Source of the DNA: an uncultured delta proteobacterium | GTDB taxonomy: Bacteria; Desulfobacterota; Syntrophia; Syntrophales; UBA2185 | Length of the DNA stretch: 64,000 bases | Assembly: GCA_963695875.1 (NCBI GenBank) | Contig: CAVOID010000009.1 | Span: 32,001-96,000 of the forward strand | Reading direction: 5' to 3' | Shown here: piece after piece, positions 52,842 to 64,000 of the stretch | Layout: each line of letters opens with the position of its first letter | Position numbering within the stretch: position 1 is the stretch's first letter | The notes under the pieces: model-generated | Told to the model about the DNA's origin: nothing | Databases searched by the model: none | Seen by the model: only the letters and a program-made list of their open reading frames with translations | Program-made: the position numbers and the translations under genes

Positions 52842-53199
52842 GTGCAGTCAGAAGAAGTTATTCATGGCAATGTATGCGAAGGTGAGGAGAAAGCGTCTAC
52901 CGAATTAAAATATTCACCTTTTATCTTTGTCACCTTAGTGCTCATGGCGGTGGCCCTTGTTTATGTATGGTCACATATCCGCATGACTGAGCTGGAATAC
53001 AAGGTTGCCGAGGAAATGAGCATAAAGGAAAGCCTCATGGAGGAACAGCGGAAGTTGAAAGTTGAAATTGCAACTTTGAAATCGCCCCAAGCGACTTGAG
53101 GCAATCGCAAAAGAGAAATTGCAGATGTCATATCCTACGAGGGATCAGGTTATAATACTTAAAAATGATGACCTCGTAAAAAATAATAGTACCGATTGA
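52842..53199 (+). CDS. ftsL: Cell division protein FtsL (frameshift ~53090)
   Basis: TM plus coiled coil; LKSP joins RLEAIAKEKLQM; located between rsmH and ftsI. Confidence 0.88.
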
Positions 53200-53220
53200 A
53201 TATGATCAGGAAATACTATT

Positions 53221-55215
53221 ATGGCCGGTGAATCAAAAAAATGGCTGAGATTCAGGATTGTTACGCTTCTGGTATTTTTCCTGGTGCTTTTTGTCGCCCT
53301 TATATCGAGGGCGTTCCAGATTCAGGTACTTTCCGGCAAAATGTTGAAAACCCTTGCAGAAAGGCAGCATATAAAGACACTGCAGATTGAACCGGAAAGA
53401 GGCATTATATTCGATCGCAACGGTGAGAAGCTCGCTGCGAGCACCATGGCAAATTCTGTCTATGCTGATCCGTCAAAAATAAGTAATCCCGCCGACGTTG
53501 CGCAAAAATTAGCTCCAATCCTGAACATCGATAAAGTCACCATATTAAGAAAACTTTCGGGGTCAAAAAATTTCTGCTGGCTGGCGAGAAAAATACCCCC
53601 TGATCAGGCAAGCAAAGTAGAAGCCCTGAATATCGACAGCGTCTTTTTAATCAAGGAGCCAAAACGCTTCTATCCAAATGGAGAACTGGCCGGCCGACTT
53701 ATCGGATTTGTGGGGTTAGACTATACCGGTCTTGAAGGGCTGGAGTTAAAATACGATAACTATTTAAAGGCAACCCCGGAAAAATTGACCTGGGCTCGGG
53801 ATGCCAGAGGAAATCGATTATATTCGATGACTGAAAAGCCTGTCAATCAACAGGAAGAAGGATATAATCTCATTTTGACAATTGACAGCCGCATCCAGCA
53901 TATCGTTGAATCAAATTTAACGGAAGCAATTACGGCTAAAGGTGCAAAGGGCGGTTTCATCATCGTCATGGATCCCAAGACCGGCGAAATTCTTGCCCTG
54001 GCTGATCAACCGGGGTTCGATCCAAACAAATTTTCAAGCTACAATATCGGAAGGGGAAAAAACAAGGTTATCACTGATTCCTTCGATCCAGGCTCAACCT
54101 TTAAGCCTTTTCTCGCAGCGGCGGCCCTTGAAGAAGGTATCGTCAAAGAAACCGAAAGGTTTAATTGCGAAAATGGTCAATACAAAGTGGCAAACAGGGT
54201 GTTCCATGAGGCACAAAGAAAAAAGTATGGATATCTTACTTTTCACGACATTCTAAAATATTCGAGCAATATTGGATGCGTAAAGGTCTCTGAAAAGCTT
54301 AAAAAAGAACGATTTTATCACTATATTACACAATTCGGGTTCGGCTCAAAAACGGGAATCGATCTTCCCGGCGAGGTCAGCGGACTCCTGAGATCACCAC
54401 AAAACTGGACAAGGGTTGATGCATCAACCATTGCCTTTGGCCAGGGCGTCTCTGTCACAGCTATTCAGCTAATCACCGCGCTTTCTGCCATAGCAAACAA
54501 TGGTCTGCTGATGAAGCCTCATATAGTAGGTGCGGTAGTTGACAAACAAGGACAAATTATTAAAAAATTTTCACCGACCCCGGTAAGGCAGGTAATATCG
54601 CCGAAAACAGCGAAGAGACTCACTGCAATCCTGAAAGATGTGGTCGGAGATGATGATGGAACCGGTAATAAAGCGCAAATTGCCAACGTTGCCGTAGCAG
54701 GTAAAACAGGCACTTCTCAAAAACTCGATTCTGTGAGGAAGGTCTATTCTTCCGAAAGAGTTCGTACCTCCTTCATGGGATTTTTCCCCGCCGACGATCC
54801 ACAGATTGCCATTCTGGTTACCCTCGATGAACCACAGAGGGACAAGTGGGGCGGAATAGCTGCGGCACCCGTTTTTAAAAAAATTGGTGAACAGATATTG
54901 ACATGTTTCAAAACTGATATTAAGGAAGGCCCTTCCCCCGTTTTTGAAGAAGAAAAAAAGGGCAGTATTAAATTAAAGCTTGTGTCTGTGCCTCAAATAA
55001 TAAGCCGTCATGCCGATATGGAAAAAGACATGGATGAGCCGGGCATGCCGGATTTCAGAGGAATGACCATGAGAGATGTTTTGAAGAAGGCAAGGGAAAA
55101 GAATATTGACATTAAAATAATAGGGAGTGGCTGGGCAGTCAGCCAGGAGCCTAAGCCCAGTGCACCTCTGCGTAACCAGCGGCTCTGTGCTGTTTCTTTC
55201 AGCTCAGGCAATTGA
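53221..55215 (+). CDS. ftsI: Penicillin-binding protein 3 (FtsI) with C-terminal PASTA domain
   Basis: RGIIFDRNG, PGSTFK (SxxK), SSN, KTGT; MPDFRGM PASTA. Confidence 0.95.
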   Translation: MAGESKKWLRFRIVTLLVFFLVLFVALISRAFQIQVLSGKMLKTLAERQHIKTLQIEPERGIIFDRNGEKLAASTMANSVYADPSKISNPADVAQKLAPILNIDKVTILRKLSGSKNFCWLARKIPPDQASKVEALNIDSVFLIKEPKRFYPNGELAGRLIGFVGLDYTGLEGLELKYDNYLKATPEKLTWARDARGNRLYSMTEKPVNQQEEGYNLILTIDSRIQHIVESNLTEAITAKGAKGGFIIVMDPKTGEILALADQPGFDPNKFSSYNIGRGKNKVITDSFDPGSTFKPFLAAAALEEGIVKETERFNCENGQYKVANRVFHEAQRKKYGYLTFHDILKYSSNIGCVKVSEKLKKERFYHYITQFGFGSKTGIDLPGEVSGLLRSPQNWTRVDASTIAFGQGVSVTAIQLITALSAIANNGLLMKPHIVGAVVDKQGQIIKKFSPTPVRQVISPKTAKRLTAILKDVVGDDDGTGNKAQIANVAVAGKTGTSQKLDSVRKVYSSERVRTSFMGFFPADDPQIAILVTLDEPQRDKWGGIAAAPVFKKIGEQILTCFKTDIKEGPSPVFEEEKKGSIKLKLVSVPQIISRHADMEKDMDEPGMPDFRGMTMRDVLKKAREKNIDIKIIGSGWAVSQEPKPSAPLRNQRLCAVSFSSGN

Positions 55216-55224
55216 GGAACCAAT

Positions 55225-56767
55225 GTGCAAATACAGGCTGTTATAAAGGATATAGATATACTCCAGGTCATCCGGAAACCTGGAAGGAGAAGTCTCAGCC
55301 ATTTGCTATGATTCAAGAAACTGTGAAAAAAACGGCCTTTTTGTGGCTGTCCGCGGATTAAAGTATGATGGTCACGATTATATTCCGGAAGCAGTTGCCC
55401 GCGGTGCGAGATTCATCGTTCACGAGAAGGATTACAAACCCCCGCCCGATATTGTTTCTATAAGGGTTCCCGATAGCCGCCGGATACTCGGTATCCTTGG
55501 AAAAAATTTTTACAACGACCCTTCTTCACACCTATGTCTTATAGGCGTTACAGGAACAAACGGAAAGACAACAGTGACATTCTTGCTTGAATCCATTCTT
55601 AAAGCAGCGGGATTCAACGTTGGAGTATTGGGAACAGTTAATTACCGGTTTAGGGCTAATGTACTGCCTGCCCCGAATACGACGCCTGAGTCATATGAAT
55701 TGCAAAAGATACTGAGAATAATGGTTGACGAAGGAATAACTCATGTAGTTATGGAAGTTTCTTCTCACGCAATTGATTTAAGAAGGGTCGATGATTGTTC
55801 CTTCGACATGGGAATTTTCACGAACTTCTCCCAGGATCATCTTGATTACCATAAGACATTGGAAAATTATTTTCAGGCGAAGAAACGCTTCTTCGAGGAA
55901 ATACTCCCTGCCTCCAAGAAGCAGCGGGGACAAACAATGATCATAAACGGTGATGACCCATGGGGACAAAGGCTCCTGAGAGAAATCAGAACGAAGCTCT
56001 CATTAAGAACATTCGGCATGGAGAACCCCTGCGATGCTACCGTGGGCGAGTATACACTTTCTACAGAAGGGATAAGGGCAGATATAAATATGGAAAACAG
56101 GAGTTTCACCATATCCTCCCCCCTGATCGGAAAATTTAACCTTTATAATATATTGGCCGCAGTTGCAGCATCTGCTTCACTCAATATCCACGAGGAATCC
56201 ATTCAGACAGGCATTCAGAACCTAAGTAATGTCCCGGGACGCTTGGAAAAGGTGAGCGACGCCGGCGAGCCTGATGTTTTTGTCGACTATGCGCATACCG
56301 AAGACGCCCTTGTTCGCGTATTGCAGAATTTATCTGCATTCAAAAAAGGAAAAATCATCACTGTTTTTGGGTGCGGCGGCGACAGAGATCGCGGGAAAAG
56401 ACCCCTGATGGGAATCGCTGCGACAGCATGGAGCGATTTGACTATTCTAACTTCAGACAACCCCAGAACGGAGGAACCGCTTTCCATAATAAGAGAAATA
56501 GAAAGAGGCATAAGCAAAGATTCCGTTAAAAAGCTTCTTCCTGAAGAACTTGGAAATAGTACAAATGAAAAAAGCTATGTTGTGATTCCCGAACGGAAAA
56601 AGGCCATAGAAACGGCTGTTGCCCTTGCCGCTATGTCGGACATCGTCCTGATCGCGGGAAAGGGTCACGAAAATTACCAGATCATCGGAGACAGACGGAT
56701 TGCCTTTGATGACAAACTGGTTGCCAAAGAAGCCTTGACGGCTAAGCAACACAGGAAAGCATCTTGA
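55225..56767 (+). CDS. murE: MurE ligase (frameshift near N-terminus, ~55270)
   Basis: GTNGKTT, TTPE, MEVSSH, DHLDYH, DYAHT, DNPR, AGKGHE. Confidence 0.95.
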
Positions 56768-58220
56768 AAGAAGAACCAGCATACCCGATTTTCCACGGCG
56801 CGGAGATTTTAAAGGCCACCGGGGGGAACATAATCAGCGGCGCAATTGAAAAGATATTTCACGGCGTATCTACGGATACACGACAGATACAAAGGGGCAG
56901 CCTGTTTATCCCCCTGAAAGGGGAAAAATTTAACGGTCATGATTTTATTGCCGATGCCGTAAAAGCCGGCGCCGCAGGTTTTCTGATCCAGAAGGGTTCG
57001 GAAGATAAGATGCCGTCCCGGAATGAAGACACGCTTATCATCGGTGTAGTGGATACCCTGAAAGCGCTTGGCGATATAGCCAATTTCTGGCGCAAGAATT
57101 GCAACGCAACTATTGTGGCAGTAACAGGAAGTTCAGGAAAAACAACCACAAAGGAAATGATTGCAACCATTGCCGGACTGACAAAAAAAGTTAGCAAGGC
57201 CAGGGGGAATTATAATAATCTGATCGGCCTGCCGCTGTCCATCCTCCGGATAGATGAAGGGCATGAAGTTGCCATCCTGGAAATGGGCACAAACGCGCCG
57301 GGAGAGATCGGCAGGCTGACCCGCATCGCCGAACCGGACATCGGGCTCATAACCAATATTGGTCCCGCTCACCTGGAAGGTTTAAAATCCCTTGATATGG
57401 TGCGGGACGAAAAATGCGATCTTTTTCGCAATATGGCGGAAACCGGGGTTGCCATAATAAATATTGACGACAAGAAATTACAGATCTCAGATACGGATTG
57501 GAGAGGGAAAAAGCTAACCTTCGGGTTCAGCAAAAATGCCGATGTCTCGGCAGGTAACATTGAGACAAGTGGAAGAGAGGGGGCAGGCTTTACCATCAAA
57601 ATAGGTGAGTTCAGACAGGATATTAAAATGTCCACAGTAGGGAGTCATAATATTTATAATGCCCTTGCTGCCGCTGCATCTTCATGGGCGCTGGGTATAG
57701 AATACCAGACGATCTGTCAGGGATTAACGGCATTTCAGCCCATCTCCGGACGTATGGAGATCCACTGGCTGAATAACGGAGCATTCATTATTAATGATAC
57801 ATACAATGCCAACCCTGCGTCGTTTCGTGCCGCCCTTGAGACACTGAAGAATTTAAAAGGAGATCATGGCAGCACGGTAATCATGGGTGACATGCTGGAG
57901 CTTGGGAGACCGGGCGGAAGAAGTTGCATGAAGGTATCGGGAGTCTAATGGCAGACACTGAGGTGGGCACCATTTTCCTCAGAGGAAGGCTCTCCCCGGC
58001 GACGGCAGCGGGGGCGTTAAAAAAAAATATGTCAAAGGATCAAATAATTTTTTTTGAAAAACCCGAGGAAATCTTATCCCGTTTATCTTCCTATGTGGAG
58101 AAGGGTGACTGGATTCTCGTCAAGGGATCAAGACAGACAAAAATGGAAGACACCGTTCGGAAGATCATCGAACTATTTGGCACGGAAGAAGATCAAGAAA
58201 GAGATAAAAAGGAATTATAA
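56764..58220 (+). CDS. murF: MurF ligase (frameshifts ~57905-57925)
   Basis: TGSSGKTTTKE, NNLIGLP, NDTYNANP, GDMLELG, LVKGSR. Confidence 0.95.
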
Positions 58221-59301
58221 ATGATCTATCATCTCTTATACCCACTCCATACTACATATTCCTATTTCAATGTATTCCGGTATATTACTTTCCGGACAAT
58301 CTACGCTACGGTTACTGCACTCGTAATCTGTTTTGTTATCGGTCCCTGGTTGATCAGAAAACTTCAGTCCCTGCAAATCGGCCAGACTATCAGGGATGAC
58401 GGCCCCAATACCCACCTTGCAAAAAAGGGAACACCGACGATGGGTGGGATCCTCATCATTTTTGCCGTTGTCATCTCCACCCTCCTTTGGGCCAACCTGA
58501 CCATCGATTATGTCTGGCTTGTCATAATGGTTATCGTCGGTTTCGGACTCATAGGATTCACGGATGACTACAGAAAACTGACCAGCCAGAGCAGCCGGGG
58601 AATTCCGGGAAAAGTCAGGCTGCTCGGGGAAATCGCCATAGCCCTCTTTGTCAGCGTTATACTCTATATCAAACCGGGTTTTACTTCCAATGTAACGATT
58701 CCCTTTTTCAAAACTGCACTTCCCGATCTGGGATGGGGGTATATCATACTTTCGACTTTCATAATTGTCGGCGCTGCCAATGCCGTAAACCTGACAGATG
58801 GTCTGGACGGCCTCGCCATCGGTCCGGCTATAACATGTTTCATGACGTATCTCTTCTTTGCCTATTTTGCGGGCAATATTAGAATAGCCAGTTACTTGCA
58901 GATCCCCTATGTCGCGGGAACAGGAGAGCTTGCCATAATCTGTGGCGCTACCGTGGGGGCCGGCCTTGGTTTTCTCTGGTACAACGCCTACCCGGCCCAG
59001 GTATTTATGGGAGACGTGGGTTCTCTTTCCTTAGGCGCTGCCCTCGGAACTTTAGCGATCGCAACAAAGCAGGAAATCCTTCTTGCCATTGTTGGCGGTA
59101 TATTTGTGACTGGAGACCTTTTCGGTCATTTTTCAGGTGGGCTGGTTCAAGATGTCCAACGGCAAGCGCATCTTCAGGATGGCGCCGATCCACCATCATT
59201 TTGAGCTCAAAGGATGGGCTGAACCGAAAGTCATTGTCCGGTTCTGGATAATTTCCATTCTTCTGGCCCTTTTGGCAATCAGTACCCTAAAACTGAGGTA
59301 G
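58221..59301 (+). CDS. mraY: Phospho-MurNAc-pentapeptide transferase MraY (frameshift ~59108)
   Basis: [40 protein letters not shown] in the shifted frame. Confidence 0.96.
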
Positions 59302-59311
59302 AATAATCTTT

Positions 59312-60658
59312 ATGGAACTTTCAGGAAAACGTATACTGGTTATCGGGCTAGGAAAGACAGGAATCGCCTCAGCCCGGTTCCTGGCGGGGAAAGGCGCCAA
59401 TGTCGCCGTCACCGATGAGAAACCTCAAACGGAATTGAAAGGCGTTATCCGTGAGCTTGGCAATGCGTACGCAAATTTAGAATTCCGCAAGTATGCCCCT
59501 GACAGCCTGTCACGAGTGGATTTAATCATTCCCTCCCCCGGTGTACCACCCTCCAATATTCTACTTGCAGAAGCTGTTAATAAGAAAATACCTATCCTGA
59601 GTGAGATTGAAGTCGCCTACAGATTCTTAAAGATGCCCATGATTGCCATTACCGGTACCAATGGAAAGACAACCACAACCACCTTGATAGGAAATATTCT
59701 TAAAAAAGGAGGGAAAAAGGTCTTCGTAGGAGGCAACATTGGAAATCCTCTTATCGGTTACGTTGAAGGGAATCAAGATGACGATTATGCTGTCGTCGAG
59801 GTAAGCAGTTTCCAGTTGCAGTGGATTCAACATTTCCACCCTTTTATATCTATTCTCCTTAACACCACCTGCGACCATGTCGATTATCACGGGTCCTTTG
59901 AGGCATATCGGATGGCCAAAGAAAGGATATTTGAGAATCAGGGGGAATCTGATCTTACCATCCTTAATGCAGATGAACCAAGATCATCCGTCCTCGCAAG
60001 AAATATGGTCTCGCAAGTCCAGTTTTTCAGTTCTTCGACTACGGTACAGAGGGGCATATTTCTCGAAGACAACGCGCTGGTCCATATTACCACACAAGGT
60101 GAAAGAGAAGAGTATCCGCTCGACATGATTAAGATACCGGGTTTGCATAATATTGAAAATGTCATGGCCTCAATAATGGCCGCAAGGTATTGCGGATGCC
60201 CTCCTGCGAGTATTGTCAGTGCTGTAGAGGATTTCAAGGGAATACCTCACAGAATAGAATTTACGGACGAAAAAAACGGTGTGGCATTCTACGACGATTC
60301 TAAAGGAACTAACGTGGGCGCAGTGATACGCGCACTGGAAACATTTGCCAAACCCATCATTTTGCTCATGGGAGGAAGGGATAAGGAGGGTGACTTTGAA
60401 ACCCTGAGGCCCCTTGTCAGGGCAAAGGTAAAAGAGCTGGTTCTTTTTGGTGAGGCGAGGAACAGAATAAATGACCTGATTGGCGGGGTGGTCAAAACTT
60501 CAAAGGTAACAACGCTCAAAGAGGCGATAGAGGTGGCTTATCGGCATTCGTCAGCGGGGGATGTTGTCCTGCTTTCTCCCGGATGCGCAAGCTTTGATGA
60601 GTTTTCAGACTATAAAGAACGGGGAAGATTCTTTAAAGATGCGGTCAAAAATCTCTAA
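59312..60658 (+). CDS. murD: MurD ligase
   Basis: GLGKTG, SPGVP, GTNGKTTT, EVSSFQL, DDSKGTN, SPGCASFD. Confidence 0.96.
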   Translation: MELSGKRILVIGLGKTGIASARFLAGKGANVAVTDEKPQTELKGVIRELGNAYANLEFRKYAPDSLSRVDLIIPSPGVPPSNILLAEAVNKKIPILSEIEVAYRFLKMPMIAITGTNGKTTTTTLIGNILKKGGKKVFVGGNIGNPLIGYVEGNQDDDYAVVEVSSFQLQWIQHFHPFISILLNTTCDHVDYHGSFEAYRMAKERIFENQGESDLTILNADEPRSSVLARNMVSQVQFFSSSTTVQRGIFLEDNALVHITTQGEREEYPLDMIKIPGLHNIENVMASIMAARYCGCPPASIVSAVEDFKGIPHRIEFTDEKNGVAFYDDSKGTNVGAVIRALETFAKPIILLMGGRDKEGDFETLRPLVRAKVKELVLFGEARNRINDLIGGVVKTSKVTTLKEAIEVAYRHSSAGDVVLLSPGCASFDEFSDYKERGRFFKDAVKNL

Positions 60659-61766
60659 ATTTTTCAAACAACCTCCGGCAGAGAAAAGGTTGGATATTAT
60701 CATCCTCCTCGTGACATTGATTCTTGTCACCATAGGCACCGTAATGATCTACAGCTCAAGTTCTATAATTGCCATGAAGAGGTTTAACGACGGACAGTAC
60801 TTTCTAAAAAAACAGATATTCTTCGTGCTTCTTGGATTGGGTATTATGGTCCTGATAACGAAGATTCCTTACGAACTGTTGAAAAAATTCGCTTATCCCG
60901 GAATTGTTTTATCGGTTATTCTTCTTACCCTTCTCCTGATACCACATGTCGGGATCCGGGCCGGAGGCGCCACCAGGTGGCTTAAACTGGGTTTTTTTTC
61001 ATTCCAGGTTACCGAAGTGGTCAAGGTCTCAGTGATACTTTTTCTTGCGTATTTTTTAACAAAAAAAAATAACGACATAACAGATTTTAAGCATGCAGTC
61101 CTGGTTCCCCTGACAGTCACACTGCTCATTGTTGGCCTGATTATTCTGGAACCGGATTTTGGGACGGCTGTCATCATAACCGTCATCATGATGTTGATGT
61201 TCTATCTGTCCGGATGCAGATTGCTGCATCTTGCAGGCATCGTAGCTCTCTTCGTCCCCGTTGGTGTCTGGCTGCTCCTGCACAAGAGCTATCGCCTCGC
61301 ACGGCTGATGAGTTTCCTTGATCCCTGGAAGGATCCTCAGCATTCAGGATTCCAAATCATTCAGTCCCTTCTTTCCTTCGGTTCAGGCGGTACGTTCGGC
61401 GTAGGGATAGGAGATGGTATGCAAAAACTTTTTTATCTCCCCGAACCGCATACAGACTTTATCCTGTCGATCATTGCCGAAGAGAGTGGTTTCATCGGTG
61501 TGCTCATCGTCATTTTCCTCTTTGCTATTCTGATTGTAAGAGGGTTCATGGTTTCTTTCAGGGCCCCGGATCTTTTCAGCACACTTCTGGCCGCAGGATT
61601 GACCATGCTGATCGCTCTCGAAGCATTCATCAACATTGCCGGTGTTATGGGCTTAATTCCACTCAAGGGCCTGGCACTTCCACTTGTCAGTTATGGCGGT
61701 ACATCGTTGATTATGTCCTTGTCAGTGGTGGGTATACTCCTGAATATCTCCTCCTATGAAAAATAA
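60639..61766 (+). CDS. ftsW: Peptidoglycan polymerase FtsW
   Basis: GATRWL, EPDFGT, YLPEPHTDFI, LPLVSYGGTS. Confidence 0.95.
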   Translation: MRSKISKFFKQPPAEKRLDIIILLVTLILVTIGTVMIYSSSSIIAMKRFNDGQYFLKKQIFFVLLGLGIMVLITKIPYELLKKFAYPGIVLSVILLTLLLIPHVGIRAGGATRWLKLGFFSFQVTEVVKVSVILFLAYFLTKKNNDITDFKHAVLVPLTVTLLIVGLIILEPDFGTAVIITVIMMLMFYLSGCRLLHLAGIVALFVPVGVWLLLHKSYRLARLMSFLDPWKDPQHSGFQIIQSLLSFGSGGTFGVGIGDGMQKLFYLPEPHTDFILSIIAEESGFIGVLIVIFLFAILIVRGFMVSFRAPDLFSTLLAAGLTMLIALEAFINIAGVMGLIPLKGLALPLVSYGGTSLIMSLSVVGILLNISSYEK

Positions 61767-61785
61767 ACAGAAGTAGAGACGGGAT

Positions 61786-62863
61786 ATGAAAGTTATTATA
61801 GCTGGTGGAGGAACGGGAGGGCACCTTTTTCCTGGAATTGCCATCGCGGAGGAATTCTTAAAAAGGGATCAGAATAATAGCATCCTTTTCATAGGAACAG
61901 AGAGAGGGCTGGAAAGAAGAATACTGGGGGATATGGGATTTGATCTTAACACCCTTGATGTGGAAGGAATTAAAGGAAAGGGCCTGATGAAAGCTATTAG
62001 TGCGTCACTGAAGATTCCAGGAAGCCTGGTCCAGTCGTACAGGCTGATCCGTGAGTATTGTCCGGACATCGTGATTGGAGTGGGAGGTTATTCTTCCGGT
62101 CCGGCAGTGATGGCGGCACACTTCATGGGCATCAAAACGGCCATCGCAGAACAAAACGCCCTGCCGGGCATCACCAACAGGATTCTCGGAAAGTTTGTTG
62201 ACAGGATATTTTTGACCTTCTCTGAAACAAAAAAGTGGTTCCCGGGTAATAAGGCTATCACTTCCGGAAACCCTGTCAGAGCAGCTTTTTTTACAGGAGC
62301 ACAGGAATCGAAGAGGAGCGCAGGCAAGTTTACCTTGCTGATTTTCGGTGGGAGCCAGGGCGCCCACAGCATAAATACGGCTGTCCTGAATGCCCTTCCA
62401 TACCTGGAAGGAATTAAAGCTAAATTGAAGATAATCCATCAGACAGGCAGCATAGACCTGAATATCTGTATCTGAGACTTACCAATCGTACAGGATTGAT
62501 GCAGAGGTTCTGCCCTTTATCACGGATATGGCACGAGCCTATAGAAACTCTGATTTACTTATTTGCAGGGCAGGCGCTACATCAATCGCCGAGGTCACTG
62601 CCTGCGGAAAAGCGGCCATCCTGATCCCTTTTCCCTATGCCACGAATGACCACCAGACAAAGAACGCTGAGGCATTGGTAAGAGCTGGGGCAGCCGTATT
62701 AATACGGGAAGCAGACCTCGACGGTAAAAAACTGGCCGAGGTCATCGATCATTTTTACCACCACCCGGAAATGATAAGTGAGATGGAGTTAAAATCGGCC
62801 AGCCTTGGCAATGAAAAGGCAGCCTCTAATATTGTAGATATTTGTATGGAGATGGTTACATAA
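61786..62863 (+). CDS. murG: MurG glycosyltransferase (frameshift ~62465)
   Basis: GGGTGGHLFP, GGY, EQN, GGSQGA, RAGA, HQTKNA. Confidence 0.95.
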
Positions 62864-62982
62864 AAAATTTGTAAATTTTCGTAGATTTAATACAAGATAT
62901 AGTATATAGGGACATTTAGTATACAATATACAGTAAAAGCGATCATAGTAGGAAGTTTTGTCAGGCTGAGTCGGGTGAGGAA

Positions 62983-64000
62983 ATGAAGGACGGCAACAGA
63001 AGAGACACCATGCGCAGAAAGATTAAACGTATCCATTTCGTCGGGATAGGCGGTATCGGCATGAGTGGCATAGCGGAAGTACTTCTCAACCTGGGTTACA
63101 CGATCAGCGGATCAGACCTGAGCCAATCAGATCTCACGCAGAGGCTTGCTTCACTGGGTGCAAGAATTTATACAGGCCACCATGCCTCCAATCTCGGCGA
63201 CACGGATGTGGTCGTTACTTCAACAGCTGTTAAAACCGACAACCCGGAGGTATTGGAAGCACACAGAAGGAACATACCCGTAATACCTCGTGCCGAAATG
63301 CTGGCGGAGCTGCTAAAAATGAAGTTTTCCATCGCCGTATCGGGAAGCCACGGTAAAACAACTACAACCTCAATGGTGGCAACGGTCCTCGCGTCCGGAG
63401 GTCTCGATCCCACCATGGTGATCGGGGGCAAACTGGCAAGCATCGGCAGCAACGCAAAACTGGGAGACGGAGAGGTTATTGTGGCAGAGGCCGATGAAAG
63501 CGACGGCTCATTTCTTAAACTGTCTCCATCCTTAGCCGTGATTACTAATATCGACCTTGAGCACCTTGATCATTACAGGGATATTGAAGACATCAAAGAT
63601 GCTTTCTTACAGTTCGCAAACATCGTTCCCTTTTATGGTTCCACGATAATCTGCCTTGATGATGAAAACGCAAAAGCGATCCTTCCAAACATAAAGAGAA
63701 AAACCGTGACATACGGTCTTCACCCGCCTGCGGACTACAGGGCGAGCGAGATATCATTCTCCGGGCATTCTTCCAGTTTTACCGTCCACTATAAAGAGGA
63801 AGCCCTCGGAACTGTGACACTCAACGTACCGGGCCTTTTCAATGTTTATAATTCCCTGGCAGCAATCGCGGTGGCCCGCGAATTAGATATGGATTTTCCG
63901 GCCATCAAAGAAGGCCTGAAGATTTTTACCGGTGTTCAGCGGAGGTTGGAGGTTAAAGGAAAGGTCAACGGGATTACCATCGTAGATGATTACGGTCATC
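62983..64000 (+). CDS. murC: MurC ligase (runs off window end)
   Basis: [39 protein letters not shown]. Confidence 0.95.
   Translation, partial: MKDGNRRDTMRRKIKRIHFVGIGGIGMSGIAEVLLNLGYTISGSDLSQSDLTQRLASLGARIYTGHHASNLGDTDVVVTSTAVKTDNPEVLEAHRRNIPVIPRAEMLAELLKMKFSIAVSGSHGKTTTTSMVATVLASGGLDPTMVIGGKLASIGSNAKLGDGEVIVAEADESDGSFLKLSPSLAVITNIDLEHLDHYRDIEDIKDAFLQFANIVPFYGSTIICLDDENAKAILPNIKRKTVTYGLHPPADYRASEISFSGHSSSFTVHYKEEALGTVTLNVPGLFNVYNSLAAIAVARELDMDFPAIKEGLKIFTGVQRRLEVKGKVNGITIVDDYGH

Noticed and set aside
306..63452. Numerous short antisense or overlapping ORFs in the track (e.g. 306..695, 2415..2933, 14269..14814, 28786..29328)
   Set aside because: They are shadows of well-supported genes on the opposite strand or in another frame, with no recognisable motifs

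Overview
Bacterial chromosomal window. It is most likely from a deltaproteobacterium (Desulfobacterota, Syntrophales-like), inferred from gene order and protein style, not from a search. (1) 1-26.6 kb, minus strand: a flagellar basal-body/export cluster (flgB-flgC-fliEFGHIJ, a MotE/YlxF-like gene, fliK-flgD-flgE, fliLMNOPQR, flhBAF). Upstream of it is a sigma54 cascade: a FleQ/FlrA-like activator, a large secreted TPR protein, a FleS/FlrB kinase and a FleR/FlrC regulator. Four clear -24/-12 promoters share a 14-bp upstream palindrome. (2) 26.8-36 kb: a sigma28-driven small gene plus a REC-GAF-HD-GYP phosphodiesterase, a MotE-like/SPOR fusion, an unknown membrane protein paired with a bactofilin, ctpA, a decayed YibQ-type deacetylase pseudogene, and TPR and LolB-like lipoproteins. 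(3) 36-50 kb: tol-pal-cpoB, epmB-efp-epmA, an aeRF1-like (baeRF) protein, a CDF transporter, yhaM and selB. (4) 50-64 kb: ruvX, mltG and the dcw cluster from mraZ to murC (partial). About 20 genes, including essential ones, carry single-base frameshifts, mostly insertions, which are best explained as long-read consensus errors. The most unusual features are intergenic: a collapsed cassette flanked by inverted 8-mer arrays that resembles a four-helix-bundle gene remnant, a nested palindromic repeat upstream of tolQ whose terminal motif recurs in the ftsL 3' end, and a ~175-nt hairpin inside the flagellar operon. No CRISPR array, rRNA, tRNA or intact transposase was recognised.
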